A stretch of DNA of 64,000 nucleotides from Trypanosoma brucei (Eukaryota), in NCBI GenBank assembly GCA_000002445.1, contig CH464491.1, positions 3,264,001-3,328,000 of the forward strand, given 5' to 3'. Position numbers and translations under genes: made by a program. Shown piece by piece: positions 43,581-54,848 of the stretch; position 1 is the first letter of the stretch, and every line of letters begins with the position of its first letter. The notes under the pieces were generated by a model that saw only the letters and a program-made list of their open reading frames with translations, made no database searches and was not told where the DNA came from.

Positions 43581-44342
43581 ATGGCCCAAAGCTTTGATGA
43601 CTGGCTGCAGAGTTTGAATCCCGTAACGAAAGGCGTGTTCGCCGCCGCAGTCCTCCTGACGGCAGCCATTTCCATGCATATTGCACCTTATACATACTTT
43701 ACTTTGGATACCTCTGCGATTATGGGGCTGCAATTGTGGCGACCTTTCACGGCTGCACTTTTCTTTGGTAAGTTCTCCTTCCCATGGTTAATTGCGATGG
43801 CAATGTTTGTTTCCTACCTCAAGTATAACGAGGAATACGACTACCAAGGGAAAACAGCAGATTTTGCGTGGATGCTTATTCTTGTTGTTATTGGACTGAC
43901 AGCAGGTGGGTTGTTGCTTGGGTTGCCCATCGTTAGTGGTGCTCTGCTAATGGCACTGTGCTGGGTTTTTTGTAAGCGTCACCCGCAGCTGCGCATGAAA
44001 TTGTATAGCTTCGAGTTCGATGCGAAGACGTTTCCATGGGTGTTGGCCCTGTTTCACTTTATTCTCGGTCAAAACATTCTTGAGGATGCGCTTGGTATCG
44101 TTGTGGGTCACCTCTTCTTTTTTCTTAACGATCTGATACCTTTGAAGCACGGAACAAACCCAATTGCGACACCCTCGTGGTTTGTGCGTCTCACAGGGCT
44201 TGAAAATGGCGGCGTGCGCTTTGGTGGCGTGCACGCGGGAGGACAGGCGTTTGCTGCTCGATTCGCGCGGCAACCACCACCAGCTGCCGCGGGCGGGCGG
44301 CCGCACCATTGGGGACCAGGTCACCGGCTTGGCACAACTTAA
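43581..44342 (+). CDS. Derlin (Der1-like, ER-associated degradation membrane protein)
   Basis: N-terminal WLQSLNPVTKGVFAAAVLLT and LQLWRPFTAALFFG resemble the Der1 family signatures (WY..IPPVTR / LQLWRLxTxFxFFG). Four predicted TM helices. Confidence 0.8.
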   Translation: MAQSFDDWLQSLNPVTKGVFAAAVLLTAAISMHIAPYTYFTLDTSAIMGLQLWRPFTAALFFGKFSFPWLIAMAMFVSYLKYNEEYDYQGKTADFAWMLILVVIGLTAGGLLLGLPIVSGALLMALCWVFCKRHPQLRMKLYSFEFDAKTFPWVLALFHFILGQNILEDALGIVVGHLFFFLNDLIPLKHGTNPIATPSWFVRLTGLENGGVRFGGVHAGGQAFAARFARQPPPAAAGGRPHHWGPGHRLGTT

Positions 44343-44835
44343 CTGGACCCCCTCGCCTTCCCCCTCCTTTTTTCTTCCTCGCACGGGAACTGTGACTATT
44401 GTACATCCGTGTGGTTAGTGTTGGGAATTTCCTGGGTATCCAAGCAACGCATGAGGAAAGTGGTGTGGGAACAAAAATTTGTGGACAATTGCCCCAGCAA
44501 CAGCCCACTCAACACATCTGTTCCCTCTATGTTATCTTGCGCGGTTGCTTCGGGTCTTAAGTTGGAATCGTATCTCCTTCTTTTTGTTGGCGTTACAGCC
44601 CTTTACTCTGTGTTCCTTAAGAAAGCTCTGATTTTTTCTTTATTCTTCTCCCCAAATTGCAGTCTTGACTTACCTGGTGCAGGAAAAAAGTGGGAAGGTG
44701 CCAAAAGCAGTTGAGGGTACGGTTGAGTCAACGACAGTAATAGGGAAAGCAGTTCACTCCGCAGGCGTCCGTGACTACACGCGCTCGCTTCAAATCAACA
44801 GTTTTATTTAGTATCACAGTTGCCACCACGCACCG

Positions 44836-47367
44836 ATGGAGCACGAACAAAGGGTTTCAGAAGCGGGAGCGAAACTAAAGCAACCAGACGTGTGGCCAGT
44901 GGAAATCGAACAAATACTCTCAGCACTTGACAACTCTCAACGCGTGGCAGTGTGTGAAAACCCTTCCCAGCCACTTCTAATCATTGCTGGTGCAGGAAGT
45001 GGGAAAACACTCACAATGGCCAGTCGCATCGCCTTTCTAATTTTAAACAACGTGGCGCCGCAAAATATACTTGGTCTGTGCTTTTCACGGCAAGCGGCAG
45101 AGACCCTACGTGGCCGGGTGGCCTCTGTGCTTCCACCCGCCATGGCTGGGTTGGCCCAGAAACTGAAATTAAAAACGTTTCATGCCTTTGGCCTTGAGTG
45201 CTTGCGGCGTTACGCTTGTATCGAACTCACAACGGAAGTTTATGATGCTCGACGCCAACGGGACCTTGCATTCACCGTGGTGGAGAAACACGCTCAATAC
45301 TACAAAGGTGTGGAGGCTGTCGTGACGCTTATTGATTACGTAAATAAGGCCAAGACGAAGAAAGATATGAGGGCAGGAACAGAGTTGGATCCCTCACGAC
45401 AGCCGGCGTACCTTTTCCGCTTCTACGAGTCAATGCTGCACGAAGAACTCAACGCAGTCGACTTCGGTGACTTGGAGCAGAGGTTTCTTAAAGCGCTCCG
45501 CCCAGTGAGACAGCGAAACGATGCCACCAGTGAGGGTAACAACAACAGCAACAGCAGCAGTTACAGCATTTCTGCTGACGCGTCGAGCACTTTACAACTG
45601 TCACCAATGGCCATTCAGCTGCGGTCGCAATACACCCATTTTGTTGTTGACGAGTTTCAGGACTTGAACGAGGTGCAGCTGGAGTGTCTCGCACTTCTTG
45701 CGGGTGACGAGTGTCGTGTTACTTGCGTCGGAGACCCTAACCAGTGTATCTATGCGTGGCGTGGTGCAACAGCCGAGAGCTTTAACCTTTGGCGCAGCCG
45801 GTTCCCACGAAGTGTGATAATGAAACTCGAAACAAATTACCGCAGTTCAGCAGAGATAGTGTGCGCCGTTAACCAAGTTACACATTTGGAGCAAAGCAGT
45901 CATAAGGGTCAGTCAGGTACAAATATAACTTTAGTGAAGTGCAAATATGCGTGGGAGCAGTTAAAGCTCATACCACGTATCATCGAACGGTTACGTGGCC
46001 GTGATCGATCCCTTCCTTACGGCTCCATCGCCGTACTCTGTCGTACCCACCGCACTGTGCGCGAGCTCGTAACTGCGCTTGAGAACGATGGTATCCCTGT
46101 CACGGAGCTAAGGCGAGGAGCTCCAAATTCTGTTGCTCTTGTACGCGCCCTACTATCTTACCTTCGGTTGTGTATTCACCCTCATTCCAACGTTGATGTG
46201 GAGTGTGTCATACGTGACGCTCCCAACCACTTTGCCGCACCGTCGGCGACAAAGTTTATATTCGCTTTACAAGCAGAAGCCCTTACTCGTCGACTGCATT
46301 TGACGACGGAACAACAGCTCGAAGGGCATTACAAGTGCTCCTATTATACCATATTGCGCGAATTGGTTCACAATGGGTTTGCTACATCGAGCGACAGGCT
46401 GCGTACAACGAAGCCACAGCAAAAACTCCTTCGCACAATTATTGAAGTGACCGCTGCTGCACACGAAGCACTCAGCAGATTCTACTGCAACATCGAGGAT
46501 GTGGTGCGCAGTGTGGCGGAACGCGCTGGATTTGATGATGGGAGCGCGGGTGGTGCGAAGATAAGGCACAAGGTAAACAATGGCATGGCGGGAGGCGGTT
46601 TCAACGGTATTAAAAGGGCTAAGCGGCCTCGCTGTGCACCCCGTGTGGCGGCTCACCTGACGGACTCAGTGGACGTGTGGGAGGACGTTATGAACGAAGG
46701 TGAGGAAATAATGTCGTCAATACCACAGTTGCTTCTTGGCGCTTGCGAGGCTGTTCAGGAGCAGATAATCGCGGAGCAGAGTGCTGTTGAGGCCGATGCG
46801 ATTAATGGTGATGTGCTTGGTTTTAGCGACAACAGGAGCGTGGTGAAAGCTGAGCCTGACGAGAGAAGTGTTGGAACGCATCCAGACGTCCCAGCTGCAC
46901 AACCAAGATATGACCCCTACACCGTACTGCAGCGAGTTATTGACGAGTTCCTTCAGCTCTTGCCAAGTGATGATTTTGGTCCAATGAAGGGTCCGGAAGC
47001 TCTAAAACCCGAGGAAAGGACAGTTACTGTGACCACTGTGCATCAGGCGAAGGGAAAAGAGTGGCCAGCTGTCATTATACCGTGCTGCTATGAAGGTGAG
47101 TTCCCGATAGACACGCGAAAGGCTGAGGAAAAGCGGGTCTTCTACGTTGCAATGAGTCGTGCGATGGAGAGCCTCGTATTTCTGACGGCTGAACAGGGGC
47201 CGCCAACAAACGCGTCAGGGCGAACAGCTGACGGGGACCACGCTCTGGATTCCACCGGGACGGAACAGCAATATGTGCAGCTGCAGATGACACCGTACCT
47301 GCGGCCCATCTTGCATCAAGTTAAAGTGATAACCATGTCTGCAGAAAGTGAAGGGCAGCAAGAGTGA
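44836..47367 (+). CDS. UvrD/Rep/PcrA/Srs2-family superfamily-1 DNA helicase
   Basis: Motif I LIIAGAGSGKT, motif II VVDEFQDLNEVQ, motif III GDPNQCIYAWRGA, motif IV LETNYRS, motif V/VI TVHQAKGKEW and YVAMSRA. Confidence 0.85.
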   Translation: MEHEQRVSEAGAKLKQPDVWPVEIEQILSALDNSQRVAVCENPSQPLLIIAGAGSGKTLTMASRIAFLILNNVAPQNILGLCFSRQAAETLRGRVASVLPPAMAGLAQKLKLKTFHAFGLECLRRYACIELTTEVYDARRQRDLAFTVVEKHAQYYKGVEAVVTLIDYVNKAKTKKDMRAGTELDPSRQPAYLFRFYESMLHEELNAVDFGDLEQRFLKALRPVRQRNDATSEGNNNSNSSSYSISADASSTLQLSPMAIQLRSQYTHFVVDEFQDLNEVQLECLALLAGDECRVTCVGDPNQCIYAWRGATAESFNLWRSRFPRSVIMKLETNYRSSAEIVCAVNQVTHLEQSSHKGQSGTNITLVKCKYAWEQLKLIPRIIERLRGRDRSLPYGSIAVLCRTHRTVRELVTALENDGIPVTELRRGAPNSVALVRALLSYLRLCIHPHSNVDVECVIRDAPNHFAAPSATKFIFALQAEALTRRLHLTTEQQLEGHYKCSYYTILRELVHNGFATSSDRLRTTKPQQKLLRTIIEVTAAAHEALSRFYCNIEDVVRSVAERAGFDDGSAGGAKIRHKVNNGMAGGGFNGIKRAKRPRCAPRVAAHLTDSVDVWEDVMNEGEEIMSSIPQLLLGACEAVQEQIIAEQSAVEADAINGDVLGFSDNRSVVKAEPDERSVGTHPDVPAAQPRYDPYTVLQRVIDEFLQLLPSDDFGPMKGPEALKPEERTVTVTTVHQAKGKEWPAVIIPCCYEGEFPIDTRKAEEKRVFYVAMSRAMESLVFLTAEQGPPTNASGRTADGDHALDSTGTEQQYVQLQMTPYLRPILHQVKVITMSAESEGQQE

Positions 47368-47780
47368 GCGTAATAACTATTGTGGGGAGAATAAAAGTAT
47401 CGACCCACTGGGGAGGGGGCGTACAATTGGAGATACTCTGCGATCTGATAATATGTCTTGCGATATAATGAGAAACGGGATTCCGTTTTGTACCTCTGTA
47501 GAGGGGCGTACTGATTTCATGTCTAATAATTGAAGCAGTTGTTTACCCTTCATTGCCGCGAAGCATACACAGGAAAAGCGCACGAACGCACTACGTTACA
47601 CACGCCCTATCATCGTCGATTTATTGTACTTTGTTACTTGCGGCCAGTCACTTCCCCTCCCACCGTTTTGAATTTTTCTTTGTACTGCTAATGGAATACT
47701 CTCAGTTTCCTGCAAGCCCGCCTAGCGGCTCCACATTCCACCGTGTATAAAACTATATACGAACTTTACTGAAACATACC

Positions 47781-47798
47781 ATATATATATATATATAT
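47781..47798. repeat. (AT)9 microsatellite in an intergenic region
   Basis: Direct read: ccatatatatatatatatatattt. Confidence 0.9.
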
Positions 47799-48087
47799 TT
47801 GTACATGCGCACATATACATATAGGCATATATACATATATACACCCCAAGAACCGGTAGGAATAGTTGTTGGTTTCTTTTTGTTCGTTTGTTTGGAGTAC
47901 GGATGCACATACAGAGGGAAAGGGCATGTGTGCCCTGTTTGACCTTTATCCTTTTGGAACTAAATTTTGTTTTACCGCTTTCACATACACACTGTTTCCC
48001 CTTCTTTCTATCCGTCTGCGTTTTATCGACATAACGTCCGCACACTGCTTCGCGTACGTGTTAGGGCGCACTACATCTTGTAGCACG

Positions 48088-49092
48088 ATGATGACAAACT
48101 TGAATGTGCGGACCATTAAGGGCTGCTTCCCCGGTTCCTTACCTGATGCACTCAACGACATGTCCGTCATCGATCACATTCTTTCCCTGACTGGACGCTT
48201 CGACGAGGGTCAGGCTGCGCTGGCGTCAACTGTCAACGTGGTTTATGTTGGTACCGCGGTCTACGATATTCCACGCTATCGTGAAGAGTACACGAAGAAT
48301 TTCATAGCGCGCGGTTGCGGAATAAGTGAGGTTTGCGTTGCAGAAGCGCGGTCGACCGGAGCGACACCGTGTGCAGCTGCTACCATGGTTACGCCAGACC
48401 AGCTTCAGCACTTAGCGGAGGCACATATCATTTTACTACCGGAGGGTAACACCCTTTTCGCTATACGACGCTGGGAGGAAACGGGCCTCGATGCGTGTCT
48501 CCGGGCAAGTGCAGCTCGTGGTGTTGTCTTAGTGGGGGGTGGTTGCTGCTTCAGGGCTGAACACAGCGACTCGGCAAACCCCAAAACATGCGCACAGTAC
48601 ATGTTGTCGCGGGAAAATGAAGCGGATTCAGGGCAGCCGGTGGAAATGGAGGAAGGGGGTGCGAAGTGGGAGTACCTATGCGTTCACGGCCTCAGTGTGT
48701 TGCCGGGTATATTCTGCCCCCAGCACAGCTCGCGTGACGCCACGGGTTTACTCTTGAATGAAAGCTTTAGTAAGATGCTGAAACGGCATCCAACTGAGCG
48801 AGGGATTGGTGTCGACTGCAGGGCGGTGCTTCTGCTGATGGGTGACGGTCGGTACCAGGTGCTGACGATAGCCAATAGAGAGGGAAGAACTGCCTCCGTT
48901 AAGGACATAAACATCCAAATAAAGGATGTTGTCGAGGGAAATGTGCAGACAACCACAATTCAACAACAGGGAAGCGTAGAAGAACTGCTTCGAAAACCGT
49001 GTGGACCTGTCGTACGAGACCCCTTTGAGGCGTACTATGCAATGGCCAACCCAACTGCGCTAACAGAAAAGCTACTATGTGCACCCAGGTGA
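48088..49092 (+). CDS. Hypothetical protein. A resemblance to the peptidase S51/class-I glutamine amidotransferase-like fold is only tentative.
   Basis: The first ATG is 48088 after a pyrimidine-rich tract (47995-48035); the ORF-track start at 47866 is TTG. VVYVGTAVYD...GC...LLPEGNT pattern is weakly S51-like. Confidence 0.5.
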   Translation: MMTNLNVRTIKGCFPGSLPDALNDMSVIDHILSLTGRFDEGQAALASTVNVVYVGTAVYDIPRYREEYTKNFIARGCGISEVCVAEARSTGATPCAAATMVTPDQLQHLAEAHIILLPEGNTLFAIRRWEETGLDACLRASAARGVVLVGGGCCFRAEHSDSANPKTCAQYMLSRENEADSGQPVEMEEGGAKWEYLCVHGLSVLPGIFCPQHSSRDATGLLLNESFSKMLKRHPTERGIGVDCRAVLLLMGDGRYQVLTIANREGRTASVKDINIQIKDVVEGNVQTTTIQQQGSVEELLRKPCGPVVRDPFEAYYAMANPTALTEKLLCAPR

Positions 49093-49569
49093 TATTGGAA
49101 GAGCCAGCTGTTTCGTTAGGCCCCGGTGTACGGACATTTTGGTAGCAGTGTCGTTTGAACGTGCGTTGGTGAAGAGGTAACGTTGGCGTTCCCAGATGCA
49201 CGATAGTGTTGTTTGGAATCGACACATGTGCGCGCGTTCGTCAACATGTGAATAGGAATTTTTTTTTGATCCAACCCTTTGGAAAGCGATACATATCTAC
49301 AGAGGTATATGTCTGTGCTGCGGGAGCACCCACTGGGATCGGGGGTCTGCGTGCAGGTGTGTAGATAAAGAAATATATATTCATATTTCACATAGTTTTC
49401 TTCTTTCCCTCTCTATTGCAACCATGTATAGTTACGACACCATTGCCACTTGCTGAGAACACAGCACATTAAAGGAAGTGCAACTAAGGCACAAGAAATA
49501 TTTCCTTCACGATCAACTGCACCCCAGCTAGGGCATTCATCGCTCTCGCTGTGTCTCTGCGATTTTGCA

Positions 49570-51840
49570 ATGAGAGAACGAAACGCTTCCGTGTCGAGGC
49601 ACCCTGACGGGAAACACAGTAATGAGCGGCGGAACCCAGAAAAGGATTTTTCAATCCCATCACGAGAAAGTGAATGCGGCGCCCTTTTTTGGATTGCAGC
49701 GGCAGTTGTTGTTGCAGCCCTGTCGTGCACAAGTGTCTTGGTGTTGACATCCACAAAACCCTCAAGCGAGCGGCGGGGGGAACGTCGTGAAGATGCCGTT
49801 GCACACAAGGGGGCGCAACTGGCTCCACCACCCCCGCAGGGAGTCACATATTATGAGGGAAAGGCGAGCCCAACGCAGAAGGAACAACGGGCTGGAGAAT
49901 GGTCATGCTACACAATGGAGGAATACAGTTTGAAGTTTATTGGGGGTTTGCGTGAAATGCGCCATTCTTCACTGAGATCGAAGAACCAGAGCGGCCCGCA
50001 GTATTTTTTTCGCTGTGGTATACGAATCATCGACACGGAAACGGAGCAGAATCACACGAAGGTGAAGCAGTGTGCGGCAGCAGCGCACGGCGAGACGTCA
50101 TTTCCAACGTTACGCGTGTATTTGTCGAGTGGTATGGAAGAACGCCTGCACAAGAAGCAAAAGAAAAACTTTGCCGCCCAACACATCCTGCTTGAACGTC
50201 TCAACGATGATTACTGTGACTGTTTGGACGGAACAGATGAACTAACAACGAATGCCTGTAGCATGTCTGGTGTTGTGGCACCGCTCGCCCGTAAACGGTG
50301 GAGACAATTCCTGACGTCCAATGAGCACGTGCGCCTGTACGAAGACGAAGAGATGATGTCGAAAGAGCACGCGGAACGGTTGCTAACACGAGTCGGTGGA
50401 CGGGTGCTGCCATTCCGTTGCAAGAATGATCAGGGTGTCCTGCTGACCCCCTCAATGATGAATGACGGAATAGTGGACTGCTGTGACGGGAGCGACGAAG
50501 TGGACCAGGTGCGGAGGGACGAGTGGGCCACACGTGTGGGGCAGTTGGAGCCATTACTTGACAAAAGCAGCGGTCCGGAAAGCAATTTGCGTGTCGGTGA
50601 TCACAATACCGTAGCGCAGATGTTGATGCGAACTGGCCAGAATGGGCTCATGACTTGTGACCGTATGAAAAGGGAGCGGCTGCGTGAGGCTAAAGCGCTT
50701 TACACGCTTGTGGAGCGGGGTCACGCAACGTGGAAGGAGCGTGTAGCAGATGGATGGGAAAAGTACGGCAGCGAATTCCTGGACCGTCGTGTCGAAGTGC
50801 AACGGAAGTTTAACGATACGGCCGCTTTGTTCACAGAGGTCCGCACGCGTATCAAGAAGCGCATGCAGGAACTCGGGGTGCAGACGCCGCTCGCCCCTGG
50901 GGTGCCTCACCAAGAAGTACAGCGCGCTGAAGAGCTCGCTGCAACCCTTGGCCGTCTAAACATGCAACTGCGTCACATGCAGCTTGTTTTGGATCTGGGT
51001 GTCCTCGGGGACAGCTTTGAGTATAGTGTTATTGCTTCGAGAAGCTATTCAGTGGCACAACAACGGTTATGGAACCCCATTCAGGGACGATCGACGCACA
51101 CACAACAACAACTATATGATGAAGGTCAATACGATGGTAACTCTCCTGTTGGCACATCACCAGAGAACTTGCCATTGCATGTTGACAATGTCTCCTTCAC
51201 TGGTTTCTCAGTGGACCCATTTGCGCATATAAATGGTTGGGTCAGGGTGATGGATAAAGGAAAAAGGGCCCGTTTATACGGTGATGAAAATAGCCTTAAT
51301 GATAATGCTACGGGAAACAGTACCTCAGCAGATATTGACAGTGAACCGATTGTTATTGGCTTCTGGGTTCCCCTCCCCGCTTCCCCGCTGACAAGTCAAA
51401 TGTCTTCAATCAATCCCCCCACCGGGGATGGTGCACTCTGGCGACGTTTGTTCTCTACAAAGCTGGCACCTTCGAAGGGTGGTTTCGACAAAATTTTGAG
51501 CGAGAGACAAATAGGCAAAAAGAGGTTACGTGAACTGGGCGACAAGCAGCCTCATGGCGCACCGTCGGAGCCTGTTGTGCATGTGTTTAGCGGCGGAATC
51601 CCATGTCAAGACAATGGGGCAGCGGAACCAATGTACAGTCATGGCTGGCTGGTTTTTGTTTGCGCTGATACGGACGGTGTGCTCGAGTGGCATCGAAATG
51701 GAAAGTGCGAACACCAGATTGTATTTGGTACAACCAGCGCCTGCTCAGTGCGGGTGATGGAAGAGGCTGCTACGCGGCTCCAGCATGCGGAGGCCTCCGT
51801 GAGGGAGAGCATAAACCCAAGAAGGGAAGTGGGGGAGTGA
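49570..51840 (+). CDS. Glucosidase II beta-subunit-like protein (PRKCSH-like): N-terminal signal anchor, two LDLa-type Cys-rich modules, coiled-coil region, C-terminal MRH-like domain
   Basis: DDYCDCLDGTDELTTNAC and NDGIVDCCDGSDE match the GII-beta N-terminal modules. The C-terminal GWLVFVC...WHRNGKCEHQIVFGTTSAC is MRH-like. The ORF-track start at 49450 is TTG; the first ATG is 49570 (MRERN...), followed by a hydrophobic stretch. Confidence 0.6.
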   Translation: MRERNASVSRHPDGKHSNERRNPEKDFSIPSRESECGALFWIAAAVVVAALSCTSVLVLTSTKPSSERRGERREDAVAHKGAQLAPPPPQGVTYYEGKASPTQKEQRAGEWSCYTMEEYSLKFIGGLREMRHSSLRSKNQSGPQYFFRCGIRIIDTETEQNHTKVKQCAAAAHGETSFPTLRVYLSSGMEERLHKKQKKNFAAQHILLERLNDDYCDCLDGTDELTTNACSMSGVVAPLARKRWRQFLTSNEHVRLYEDEEMMSKEHAERLLTRVGGRVLPFRCKNDQGVLLTPSMMNDGIVDCCDGSDEVDQVRRDEWATRVGQLEPLLDKSSGPESNLRVGDHNTVAQMLMRTGQNGLMTCDRMKRERLREAKALYTLVERGHATWKERVADGWEKYGSEFLDRRVEVQRKFNDTAALFTEVRTRIKKRMQELGVQTPLAPGVPHQEVQRAEELAATLGRLNMQLRHMQLVLDLGVLGDSFEYSVIASRSYSVAQQRLWNPIQGRSTHTQQQLYDEGQYDGNSPVGTSPENLPLHVDNVSFTGFSVDPFAHINGWVRVMDKGKRARLYGDENSLNDNATGNSTSADIDSEPIVIGFWVPLPASPLTSQMSSINPPTGDGALWRRLFSTKLAPSKGGFDKILSERQIGKKRLRELGDKQPHGAPSEPVVHVFSGGIPCQDNGAAEPMYSHGWLVFVCADTDGVLEWHRNGKCEHQIVFGTTSACSVRVMEEAATRLQHAEASVRESINPRREVGE

Positions 51841-51925
51841 CCGATACATGAGATTGCAGGTAAGATATATAGCCGTGATAAACGAAACAACACCATGGGG
51901 AGTTTGTGTTGGTGTGTCATTAATG

Positions 51926-51944
51926 TATATATATATATATATAT
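51926..51944. repeat. (TA)n microsatellite in an intergenic region
   Basis: Direct read: gtatatatatatatatatatatta. Confidence 0.9.
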
Positions 51945-53267
51945 TAGATAGGTGCGGTCATCGTGCGCACGTGAACGGCACAACCCTGAGGGATTATATG
52001 AAAGGGGAAAATGCCTTGAATATCACTAACCCTTGAGGGTAACATGACGGCTTATGTTGTACTTGCGAGAGAGTGGGTACATGCGGTCACAAGGCAGCAC
52101 GCACGTTGGGGTCACAAAAAACACATATACTTGCATCTGTATCGGTGTGTATGCATTTATTTATTTACTTGGTACTGCTGTTATTTAAGTATTTTTTTTG
52201 TTTTTTTATTCAACTTCTAAACTATGGCCACTAGGCATACTTCACGAGGTTGCGCCCTCGAACCCATCATTGTCACATCTTGAGGGTAGAAGCTTCAAGA
52301 ACATGGGTAAAGGAAGAAAAAGAGAAAAAATCTCGCGGCGCAGCAGCGCCCAAAGTTTTCACCTCCCCACCTTTTTGTTATCCCTTTCTAATTTACACAC
52401 AAGACAAAACGTCTGATATACTCACCCATCTCCTGATAATTCCGGCCTCTTTGTTACACCTACAAGGCTTACATCCTCGTTTTTCTTTTCTTGTTGTGTA
52501 GTTCTATTTTTTTTTTTTAATGGCTCGTATCCCGAAAATCATAACTTTGTAATAGCTCAACCTTGATTTATTTTTGTTTTGTTGCGTACACGTGTATCTT
52601 GGATATTGTACTGTTAAGAGAGAAAATAAGGAGCTTTATATGGAATTGTTTACTTCATTGTGTATCTTACTTTTTTTTCTGACTTTCCATTGTGTAATTC
52701 GCGGCAGCAGTGCAGTTCTATGGTCACATAATTGAGGATATCAGCTCCCCGATTGTGATGCGTCTTGGGTGATTTTCCTAAAAGAAAAGAGAGCAGCTGA
52801 AGAAGCGAAATGAAGTTCTAAGCGTCATGATTAGTAGTAGTACTAGTGGGGATAGAGTTAGATGATTTACTCCACTTATCTTATTTTTTGTCTTATTTTC
52901 TGTTTGCCGAGTGTCTCGTTCGAACAAAATGAAAAAGAGAGAGGATAACATGTTTGTGAACATTTGTAGTTGACGTCTCTACACACTGCACCGCCTCCTT
53001 CACCCACACCTACATACTTCTTTTTTCTTATGTGACAATTTTGTTGAAGGGTTTCGCATCTTTTGAAGGAAGCGAGCAGAAGCAGAGGTGGGATAAGCTT
53101 GCTGCAGGTTAAGAAAGAAAAAAAAGGAGCAACCTCGCACATACGCACATTAGTGGTGGTGATTCACAGCAGCCTGTGGGGGAAAACGTGTGCGTGACCG
53201 AAGGAAAGACGCAGATACGTTTTGCGACAATTAAAATTAAAGCACGACAGCATAAACGGAAAGGGAA

Positions 53268-54848
53268 ATGACCGTTCCGGTTAGGCAGGCGCGCATTGTC
53301 GTAGTAGAGCCGCCAACCAATAGCGGCGGTGCTGTCGGTGAGGTTCCTCAAGGGCAGAAAGTTAAAAACGAACAGCGACCCCCAGACATGTTCGTTGCTT
53401 GCTTCGAGGCTGCTCTAAACGAAGAACTTCGGGAAAAAACAATCTCGAACGATCTCCGATCATGTTTTGAACAAATAAGCTCACCTTATGGCTTCATCCG
53501 GAATGAAGGATTGCGTGGAGCACTGCAATGGTTATGCGACGTGTCAGTGGAGGCAGCAAGGGAAGGAGCAGCCTCCACAGAGTGTGGTGATGGCAGTAGT
53601 GGGGCACATGTGCCATATGATGCCATACGCTCCTCTGTTATGAAGCGGAGCTCGGGGGAACTCCATGGGCCTCAAACGATAGGAAAGGCAAAACTATGCC
53701 ACAGTGACTCGTGGGACCGAGTGCAGAGGGCCTTGCGCGGGGCGCATTACACATCGTCTGTGTTCCTTCGTGTGCTTGTGCCGCGCGTAGATGGTGGGCG
53801 GCCATACTATGGTCCCAGTGGGCCTGTTAACGTAGAGTTATCGGAGGAGGAAGCGCTGACGTGGAACACGCTAAGCCATGCGCGACAGTCTACTTCACTA
53901 AGTGCATCCAGTCCCCATGCAGTAGCTTCACCAAATGCGTGCAAAAGAAAGCCTCTTGACGTCGCTCTGACGGAGGTGACGTACCAAGAGCAGGAACTTG
54001 CATTGAGACTTCTACAGGGACTTAGCCTCACCATTTATGATCAGCGCAGAATGATTGCAGAGGGGCGGTTAATCCCATTCGCAATTGAGGTATGGCAGTG
54101 TTGTCTGCAGCACGCAGGGGCACTCTTCACACGGCAACGTCGCCGTGCGGCGGTGAAAAAGGCCCAAACTGCCGATGGGTTCACCGGTGCTGTTACTCTT
54201 AGCGAGTCGGTACCCATGGCCCAATCCACAACTGATGAGGGGGGACCCGTGCGGTTGGATCGGGGATTAGAGAACGTTGTGATTGCATGCATTGATGCAG
54301 TGGAAGCGGTGTGTCACTACAATCCACTTGCACTCACTCGCATTGTGCAGCAGGGAGGTGTCCGCGCATTGCTGGATTTGGGCTTGTGCCCCTACGCCCC
54401 ACGTGATATTCGTTGCTCCGTGTTCGATACCATCAGTGTGCTTATGCAGGAGGTGGCTCCGTTCCGGTGCGCAGTGGCAGCTGGAGCGGCAGGAGCTGCA
54501 GCCCGTGGTGGAGCGCGGGGTGATGAAGATTCACTAATCCATACAATGATACAAAACGCCATGAGTGGCAATAACATTAGCTGTCAGGAGGTACCACTTC
54601 CTTATCTTATGGACCGTGCCAGTGCATCAAAGTTTGACTCGGCCGTGCGTGAGTGGTTTAGTCAAAAAGGATTAAGCCACGTAGTGTCGGCTGTAATGGA
54701 ATTGCGCAATGTTCGTGGCACACCGATAGTTGTGAAGTCGAAGAAGAAGGTCGAAGTGGCCCGTACTGTCCAGCGGATGGAACAAATTCATGAGAAGCGC
54801 CTCCATGCGTTGCTGGAGGCGGTGGATGGCAAGCGTGCCGCGTTATAA
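53268..54848 (+). CDS. Hypothetical protein (526 aa)
   Basis: ATG-initiated long ORF. Helical, with a GA-rich stretch (AAGAAGAAARGGARG). No motif recognised. Confidence 0.65.
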   Translation: MTVPVRQARIVVVEPPTNSGGAVGEVPQGQKVKNEQRPPDMFVACFEAALNEELREKTISNDLRSCFEQISSPYGFIRNEGLRGALQWLCDVSVEAAREGAASTECGDGSSGAHVPYDAIRSSVMKRSSGELHGPQTIGKAKLCHSDSWDRVQRALRGAHYTSSVFLRVLVPRVDGGRPYYGPSGPVNVELSEEEALTWNTLSHARQSTSLSASSPHAVASPNACKRKPLDVALTEVTYQEQELALRLLQGLSLTIYDQRRMIAEGRLIPFAIEVWQCCLQHAGALFTRQRRRAAVKKAQTADGFTGAVTLSESVPMAQSTTDEGGPVRLDRGLENVVIACIDAVEAVCHYNPLALTRIVQQGGVRALLDLGLCPYAPRDIRCSVFDTISVLMQEVAPFRCAVAAGAAGAAARGGARGDEDSLIHTMIQNAMSGNNISCQEVPLPYLMDRASASKFDSAVREWFSQKGLSHVVSAVMELRNVRGTPIVVKSKKKVEVARTVQRMEQIHEKRLHALLEAVDGKRAAL

